Below the pieces are notes generated by a model. The model searched no databases and was not told the origin of the DNA. It saw only the letters and a program-made list of their open reading frames with translations. Of a stretch of DNA of 64,000 nt, positions 12,001-21,030 are shown in pieces; the stretch's first letter is position 1, and each line of letters begins with the position of its first letter. The DNA comes from Bispira polyomma (taxonomy: Eukaryota). The position numbers and the translations under genes were made by a program. The stretch is taken from NCBI GenBank assembly GCA_965649765.1, contig OZ287748.1:79484001-79548000 (forward strand), in the 5' to 3' direction.

Positions 12001-14761
12001 CCGCGAGAGAAAGGCTTTTTGAAGCCTCCTCCTGATCCCTTGTCAGGTCCATTGCCACCACCGCCTCCACGGCCACCCCTATAGGAGTTGTTTCCCCGCT
12101 CCCGGGAAGACCGACCGCGTCCCCCCTGGTAATAGGGTGAGGACCGGTTGCCGCGGTATGAGCCCTTGGATGAGCTACTTTTGCTTTTGTAGTCCCCTGA
12201 GGAACTGCGGTTTGTGTTATAGCGTTTATCGCTCTTTATGGCCTCCTGGGCCTTGGTGACAATCGCAGGGTCGAATAGGTCAGTCGATTGGTATGGAGAT
12301 GACCTCAGGTCAGATTTTAAGTGACCTGGCCCAAATGGGTGCAGATTTGTTAACACAGCATCTCTTCTAAAGAGAATTGTGTTAGCCATCATTGTCATTA
12401 TGTCTGCGTGGAGGTGTCCCACGACCCGGGACATGCTAATCATGACCCTCTGTGCAACAGCTAGGTTTTCTTCTTTAAGAGCCGGGTCCTGTTCTTGACG
12501 GGCCTTGGTGACTGCTATTTCAGCAGCTCTAGAGAAGTGCGAGTAGTGGTTGAGCGCTGAGAGCCACTCCTTTTGTCTACCCTCCCACTGCCGCATTTGC
12601 TTTTGAGACACATGACAGGCCGGAGTCTGTCTGGGATTGTTCTGCTCTATATCCCGGAAATTGGAATTGAGCAGTTGAGGTGTAGATGACCACGCAGCGT
12701 CTTGGATGGGATAAAATTTCACATCCGACCTGGGCATTTTAAGAATTTCTCCTTGTTCAAGGCGCCTAGACTCTCCACCGGTAGGGTGAGCAGTTGTAGC
12801 GAGAGTAAGGGCCTGGAATTTTGAAGCCAAGTCTAAAGCCGGTAGCTTGAGAGATGGGGGCAATACGGAGTCCTCCGCTGAGGGCTGTGCCCGAAACAGT
12901 GACGTAGAAGAATCCTCCTTAGGAGTTTCTTTCGGTTCTGGGATGTCAAGTATTGTCCTAACAGCCTTCAAAGTTTCTACATATGTAGGGAAGTATGTAT
13001 ACTCGTCCCTAGTTGTGGTGGCGTTATCGTCCTCAGAAAAATTTTTGTGGGAACGTGAGGAATCCCGAGAGGTTCTTCCCGGTGTAGGAGAATTCAAAGA
13101 TTGGGCAATCTCCTTTGCCCTTTTCTTTGCAGCGATATACTCTGCAGAGTGTTCCTCCTCATTTTCATCTGAGACTTCGCCTGCCTCGCGTTCTGGGTCC
13201 CGTGCAGGGGGAGCCCCTAGAGAAGCTGAAGGTTTAGCTTTCTGTTTAGATTTAACCGGTTTTGCCGGTTCAGAGTCAGATGAGTCGCTTGAAGAGTCCG
13301 AGGACGACGAGTCTGGGGTTCTCTTCTTATGACGACTCTTTTTATCCTTTTTATACTTTTTCTTTTGTTCTTTCTTGAACTTCCGCTCATACCTGGCCAA
13401 GGTTTTAGGTGACATATATTCCATTTCCTGATCTGGGTCAGGGGTGGCTTTGTCCCATGATATTTCTGGCTGTGTATCCATAGGGGCCTTGGTATGGTGT
13501 AGGCCATAAGACCTATTCGGTTGTTCAAACAGAGGCTCATGGTAGCCCCTAGTATGAGCTTGTTGTTGGGTGGATGTTGATAAGACATCACCGTACTGGT
13601 CACGAGGCTGTTGAGCCGGAGTGAGGCCGCTAACTGGTGTGAGTGAGGAGACCGAGGCAAGGTCTCCGGGGGGCTGAGGCACCCTCTCACGAGTTTGGTT
13701 TTTAAGCGACGATAGTTCCTTCATGAGCGTTTGGAGTAGTAGATCAGACTTTGCCGCCTGCTGTTGGAGCAAATTGTCGGTACGCTGCTGTTGCAGGTCC
13801 ATTTTTCCGTGCAGAGTTCAGTGGTGAGCTGATTCCTCAAGTTATCTACGAGGGCACGCGACTGTGTCATCGGTGTAGCAGGGGGTAGTGAAGGTAGTGG
13901 CTGAATACCGGGCATACCCGGTGCCGGGCCTAATACTGTCACATTTTCCAACGGTATCTGTATATCTACCCTCTGAGGATAAGGTGGCTGAAAACCACTA
14001 GTTGAAGCCGTGGGCTGAGGTTGTTCAGCAGGTTCATCCAGGAGGACGTTGGCTTCAAAGTCTGAAACCTCCATGGCTTCTGCCCCGGTGTCGGTTAGAC
14101 CAGTAGCACCACCGGACCGGTTAGGAGAGTCTAGTAGGGTATCTTCTGGGGATGCCAGAGGGGCCCGTTTCTTTTCCTGCCGTTGTCGGTAGGTGACTCT
14201 TGATTTGATTTTTGCTCGTTGCTCATCTGTGAGGCTATCACAAAATTTGCAAAAATCTGAAGGATTCTTGGCACAAGGATCCTGTCCTTTTCCAGCCTGT
14301 CGGCAGGTAGGACACCACCCATGATCATCCCATGAGGCAAACAAATGGCCACAACGGCCCTGCTTTTGCCCAGATTTGGTGCCACTAGCTTGTCTAGGAG
14401 GCTTGGGAGGAGGGGTGGCAACACAGAAGACTAAAAGGGCAGCACATATCAGGGATATGGCCACAATCGTCAGGATAGCCAGGGGAGGAAGCTGTGGTGA
14501 GGTAGACTGTCCAGAGGCATTGGCTCTACACTCCACTGTGCTGAGTAAACTCAGCCATAAGAAGACCCAGAGAACTGAGCTTCTGCTTTCCCCTGAGGGT
14601 GAGAGTACCCCCACAAGATGCAACAAACTCGGAAACCGAGTAGCCATCTTGTATCCAAGGAAGATGAGGCCGGAGCTGAAAGCTCTGTAAAACCCCATAA
14701 ATCTTATCCAGGTGGGACTAAAAAAGTCCAGCATGATCCATATACAAAGAGCTAACTCCAT
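11973..14761 (-). pseudogene. DIRS Gag-like ORF1, split by one frameshift near 13800
   Basis: Cys/His cluster CGH..DDHGWCPTC..DPC..CKFC, low-complexity middle, RGG-rich C-terminus; ORFs 13721-14761 and 11973-13802 overlap in different frames. Confidence 0.8.
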
Positions 14762-14860
14762 GATAACAATTCACTTAAAAAAACCTGTAACAGTCTTTAA
14801 GAATATCCAAATAAAGTTCGTAATCTGAACACGATGTCTTCAAAATGGCGACCAGTAAAA

Positions 14861-15037
14861 GAATGATCGGTGCGCAGCTTCTCGCGCAGGGTCACGTGAT
14901 GTCCCGGTCCCCGGTGGACCGACTCTCGTCGGAGGCGACCAGTACATAACCCCTTTTCTCTTAGGGATTGGTCGTCACCGGCAGGCGAACTACCGGTAAG
15001 CACACAGTTTCACTGGGTAATTGTATTGCAATAAAAT
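14861..15037 (-). repeat. DIRS 5' (element-left) inverted terminal repeat
   Basis: 14861-15020 is the reverse complement of 8028-8187 with 1 mismatch in 160 bp. Confidence 0.95.
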
Positions 15038-15204
15038 GTGAATTGTGACACACAATGAGCAGCTTTTAAATCCAAATCTTCCAAAAGTCACTGAAACTTT
15101 CTGTAGTTGCGATACTTGTACTGTCATCGAGAACATGTACATGCTGCTTTCAGAATGACTTCATATAATACAAAGTCTTGGACATCGAGTCTATATTGTA
15201 TTTT

Positions 15205-15350
15205 TCATTTTTAACATGCCTTATTGATGCGAGGCATTTTCTAAACAGAATCAATTAATGAGAAGTCCAAAAAACATAGTCATGGAAGGATGTGGGGGTG
15301 TACAGGGAGGGAACCTAAGGGGGATAAGCGAGTTTGAAGGAATAGATTTT
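15205..15350 (-). mobile_element. Short L2 3' end
   Basis: Minus strand reads FKLAYPP* followed by the same 3' UTR as 32636-32780. Confidence 0.7.
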
Positions 15351-15594
15351 AATTTTTCTCCTAAACTAAGCTCAACTGGTAGACTATTACATCACATAGG
15401 TGCAGTAATTCAGAAAGCCCTGGATTTAGCCATCTTGGTGGTTTGAACAGAGGAAACAAGGGAATCAGCCAGAGTAATAGCAGTATCTATTGACAAGTGA
15501 TCTGATTATTTAAATATCACAACTGTGATAGTAACAGGAACAAGACATGCCACCGAGGTGCATATCAAAACAAGAAAGCAATCAACAGTAAAAC

Positions 15595-15804
15595 CAAGAT
15601 TCCCGTCATTACCAGCAGGCTACACATCCCTGCTAGTAATGTAATAAGAAACAGCGTCACAAGCTTTTTAAAACAGCTCAAGAGCAGCGGACTCGATTAA
15701 TGTTTTAGGTACTTCTTTTGACTCAGGTTTGTAAAGATGTTTATTGTCTAAAAGATGGATATTTTTAGTTTCATATTGAGTTATGCTCAAATGGTATGTG
15801 TGTT
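15595..15804 (+). repeat. ~210-bp dispersed direct repeat, copy 2
   Basis: Matches 5667-5880. Confidence 0.85.
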
Positions 15805-18800
15805 TATCTTTTATCTTTGTTTTACACTTTTTTTAGACAAAAATCTTTTATTTTGTTTCTTGAAGTATCTGCACAGACGTTGCAGAAGTTGCATTCTGCA
15901 TATGGTGAATAACTGCCTGTGTCATACAAGTTTAGGAAGCCAACACAAAGCAAGAAAAAACTTGTAAAATGCATAATATATTTTTATTATTTCATTAACT
16001 GAAATAAACATTCTTAATAATAAGCAATATTACTCCTAGCTTTGCATAATTCTAAAGAAATTACTATACAAGGCATTCAAATTAAAGTTATAGCAAACAT
16101 CATAAACTCTAAATCAAACACACATTTGTACAAGTAGCTTGGTAGGAATGGACTTGTTCCAAAATTCTCCACTGTTGAGGTAAGTTAAGTATACTCCTAC
16201 AAAATACACTAAATTATTGAGAACATTTTGGAGAAAAAACTACTAACAATAGCGAAGAAAGGGGATCAAAAAAATTAAGTAAAAATTTAGCTTATTACAA
16301 AATCCCTTTGTGGTGACATTTTAAGATCAGAGATTATTTTAAAATTTCTTTATTATGCTTTTTCAAATTTATACTATTTTATAATTCAACCTTATCGTAT
16401 ATAATTTACTATTGGTATTCATTACACTTGGAGAGATGCACAGAGATTATAAAAATTTTCACTGAACTTAAAAGTCTGCAAGTATATCACGGCTAGCCAA
16501 ACTGCCACAAGATGGTCCACTTTTCTGAATTGCAGCACATGCATAGTGTGTACACATAGTACAATACATGCTAGTTACTAAATATGTTTTGGACAGATGA
16601 ATTATACTTTCTGCCTAGTCTTTAATACTGCAAGTTTTGTAACTGTTACTAATCTTAACATTTTAAACACTTAATTTTTTTAGATGTCAGAAAGATACTT
16701 AACACTAAAAACAACAATAACGTAATATACATTATTATACATAATAATAACCTACTATTGATCTTAACCATTTACTATTCACCTAACCAATTATTTATAT
16801 TGACCTAATGCGAGATCTCCTGAAGATTTTTTTTTACTACCGTTGTAACTTAAAGTTGTTACTTGAAATACAGTTTTTAAGAGAAATCGGTGAAACTTTT
16901 AAAAATATATGAGATTGTGTGTTACAATTTGTTCAACCACATCACTGACATAGACACACTACCAAAACTTTACCTTGTATCTTAACATACATACCTAGAA
17001 CTGAGATTAACTCTAAGCTTGAACCCTTGGTGAATACAGTTCCTATAAATACTGTAATTGTTTTACTGTAAAGTGTTTAGACATAATGTACACAAACGAC
17101 TTAATACATGTATTTCACTTCAATGACTGGTACCCCTGCTTGCCTCAGGAATTTGGACGTTGTACATGTTAAGTTAAAACCTACTTAAGTTTAAATCGGT
17201 CAAGTTAAATATCAAACTTCATGTGGACATTAATTAAGATCCAAAGCAAACAGTTATTGGTAGTACCTTTGACTGATTCCTTAATATTTAACTTAGCAGA
17301 GTTCAACTCTGCATCTATCTACAATTACATTTTGTACTGTCTTACTGAATGAAGCATGTCTGTAAACAAACTAGGAACAAAATGAAAACTCATTAATATA
17401 TTTCCATAAAATACATATACATCTATGAAAACAAATATGGCAATTTGTTCTTTGTTTAAAAACAATAAATATCTACTAAAAATCTCATAAAAACTCTGCT
17501 TTAAAATCTCTTAACAAAGTCCTGCTTTGCCAGTTTATTAACGTAAGTGTTCACACGGCTGTCAATCCGTTAACACTCTACTCTAATCTTCCAATTTTTC
17601 TGTTACTCATATTTTACACTATTTTTAAGGGAACTACAAACACAACTCATTGCTAGTATTCAATTGATGATTTCTGTAAAGCACCTTTTTTTATATCTGC
17701 GTACAGCACAATTTACTGAATTTTGTAGCTTCAAACAAATACAATTTCGTTAAATTAGCGATAATATGCAAAGCCAAGACAAACAGCCAATCAGATTGCA
17801 GCAATCCCTTAAGCACAACATGTTCACAAGATTTTTTGCGTAAAGTTTTGCTTAACAAAAATGTTCAAAGTGGCTTATCAATTAGAAAATGTGCTCAACG
17901 GCTGAAAATAATGTTCAACACCTTGCCACTCGAATACTCCTATTGGCTCGACAGATTAGGATTCCTCTGTGTCTTTTGAATCCAAATTTGAAGAATATAT
18001 TGAATATTTAAGCCAGCCTTAGAGTAGATAATAAAGAATTGACAGCCATTTGGTGAGTCCCTCAAATCATTCACACAATAGTGCTATGTGACAATAAAAT
18101 GGTAATATTAAATACATATATGTCTTTACAAAAATAAAAGTCTTTTAAAACTATACATTAATAATGCATACAGATTTATATATAAAACTATGCAGCAGAT
18201 TATATACTACATTAAAACGTTAATAGTTATTGTTAAAGCAATTTGAAGATTCTGCTAGTTACAAAGTAGTAAGCTTAAATCATCACAGTTTCAGCAGTCA
18301 GCAATATACAATACAAAAACAAACAATACTACCCGCTTTCAAGGGAATTAATTCATTCATCGCAACTGTGATTTCAATTCCAAAATGCTTTAAAAATGGC
18401 TAAATAACCACTTAAAAATATGAAATAACTACTAGATAACTAATTGTAAAAATTATATACATAATTAACATTAACTCACTTTCAGAAACATTATATAACT
18501 TAGTAACACATTTAAAAACTTACAAGTAACTTCTACACTAAAAAAAAACAAAACATACATTAATTACTTCTTACCAGAGTTCATGGGAACGGAATTTTGA
18601 TCTTGATACGATTGATACATTTAGACGCAAACTTGCAAAGAAGCTAAATGAAAAGCATTACTGTAAGAAAACAGATTTAACAGAATTATATTAATAATTA
18701 ATTTAGAAAATCATAACTCATGAAGCAGAAATCCTTAAAGCTGTGCTACCTAATGCTCAGAATAAATAAATTTGAAGACCATCATTAGATTTGTCAGAAG

Positions 18801-18902
18801 ATTTAGCCAACCAGTAACCTACAATGAAAATATGAACACATAGAAGTTTTAACTGCACTTAATTGTTTTGAAACTTTTTTTTGCATAGTCTCTGATGGTG
18901 TG

Positions 18903-19130
18903 GAGTAAGGAATCTAAAATTTGCCACTGTATCTGAAATTAGCCACCTAGAAAATTTTGTGTTTTGGTTGAATTGTGGGTAAAATTTACTAAAATTTGAG
19001 ATCTTTGTGACTATTTTGCATTACTTACTTAAATTCAGGGTTTTTTTCGCCTAGTTTTTATTGATTTGGCTTAAATTATAGATTTAAATTATAGAATTTC
19101 AGATAGTGGCGAATGTTGGATTCCTAACTC
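18903..19130. mobile_element. ~230-bp MITE, copy A
   Basis: TIR agtaaggaatc..gattcctaact; inverted homologue of 20040-20272. Confidence 0.8.
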
Positions 19131-20039
19131 TATTTATAAAAACTCTATCAGTTTAAGATCATATACATGGAATACACATATAAAACTACCAGTGTCCATG
19201 TTCTCCACAAAATATAAAGTTCAACTCTGACTCAAGCTCAAATCTTGTTCTCTATGTGTCTCCATGTTGCAGATTTTTATTTAGTAGTGGTGGCAGACCA
19301 GTTGTCACCTGTGTATCAATTAACGCCCACCCTAATTGAAACAGTGGAATATTTATTTCAAATATCATTTTTATAATCGAAACATTATAACACTAATCAA
19401 TTTCACACCATAATTGCTTGTGTTTAGTCTATTGTTGGAAGTTATTTTTGCAACAATTTATCAGGCTGGCATTGATTGGTACACGGCCATTACACTGGTC
19501 TGCCACCATTAGTAGATAGCCTTCTGCGAGTTGTGACTGAGTTTGTGAGCATATTGGTACAAAAATTATCAGTATAACTGAAAAAAAAAATATACAAAAA
19601 TAGCTCCGAGAAAGGAAATTTAGTACTTAACAAAATCGGACAAGAAACAAAAGTAGCATTCAAATCCATGTCAACTGTTTTGATATTTGACTCCAAATCA
19701 ACCATTTTTAAAATAACCTGTGTTACTTGATTTTAATTTAAAGCTCTACTTGTATAGTTACACAATAAAAGTATATCAGGTAAAATACAGACTTTTGTCT
19801 TCAGTAACAACACAACTATGATTTTTAAAAGATGGCACACAAATGTAAAGACATGAAACATATAGAGAAAAATATTTACTTGTAAAAAAAGGCGAGATTC
19901 TAACCCACTATAGAAAATAGAACATGTAATTCTGTATAAAAGTACATCTCCACATTAACATATCTGTGCATATAATACACCTGTAAAGCTTTCAGTGCAT
20001 TCTTACAAAAGACAACATGAGTATTACGTAGACCTCATA

Positions 20040-20272
20040 CAGTAAGGAATCCAAAATTCACCACTGAATCTGAATTTCTGAATTTCGCCACGCCTTAAAT
20101 TTAAGCCAAATTAATAAAAAATGGTCGAAAAATAACTGGAATTTAGGCAAGTAAGGCACAATAGTCACAATAATTAAAATTTTAGCAAATATTACCCAAA
20201 ATTCTACCAAAAACACAACATTTTCTAGGTGGTGAATTTCAGATACAGTGGCAAATTTTAGATTCCTTACTG
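20040..20272. mobile_element. ~230-bp MITE, copy B (TA-flanked)
   Basis: ta|cagtaaggaatc...gattccttactg|ta; ~35-bp imperfect TIRs. Confidence 0.85.
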
Positions 20273-21030
20273 TAACATGATATGATTTTCAAACATAGAC
20301 AAAAACAAAGCCTTCTTCAAATGCACACAGGCACTTAGTAGTACGGTTGCACTAAAAAAAACATATCGGATACTTTCTGACAACATCACTGGAAAGTCGA
20401 CATTAAGGCACATCATTAAAAGATGCAGTCTGAACACAAAGAGTTACCCAGAAAATCTTACTTTTATTTACCTAATATTTTCTTGCAACCCAAAGTTTCT
20501 TTACAATTATTTATAAAGCAATGGCTTACCTTTAGTATCTTTTCATGGTCTATTTTACAAAGCAAAAAAAAAAATATATATCAAACAATTTAAAATAAGT
20601 TATACTTTGGTTTTGATTTTCCATCTAAATTTAGAGACTTAGAAAAAGCTTTTGACATGTTGAATCCTTTCAAAATGTAGGTACCCACAATTATGGATCT
20701 GCTGTATAAGTGTATTAACCTTAAAAGTAAAGTTACATTTTTTTTCATCGTATAAATGCCGCAAACGTGTGTTACACAGTGTTATTTTAGTAGATAACTA
20801 GATTTGAGAAAAGAAATTTTAAACCAAACCAACAAACCACAACCTTTAACTCTATCATCGCTGCATAAAGTGTGCTGTACATGTCTCCCAGTCAGCTTAA
20901 TATAAATACAGTTCAGCACCAATATTTTAACTTGGCACATCTTCATAACAAATTTACCCATAGTTGTCCGTTTAGTCACCACACAACCTTGACCGCCATA
21001 GGTGGGTGACTCTCTATATTCTCTATGCAG

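Larger units (their letters stand above)
7985..15037 (-). mobile_element. DIRS1-type tyrosine-recombinase retrotransposon, full length, with inactivating mutations
   Basis: Inverted terminal repeats at both ends, an internal complementary region equal to the circle junction, gag/RT-RH-MT/YR ORFs, and no TSD. Confidence 0.96.

Noticed and set aside
14797-15003. 68-aa ORF in the DIRS terminus
   Set aside because: Lies within the GC-rich ITR and has no recognisable motif.
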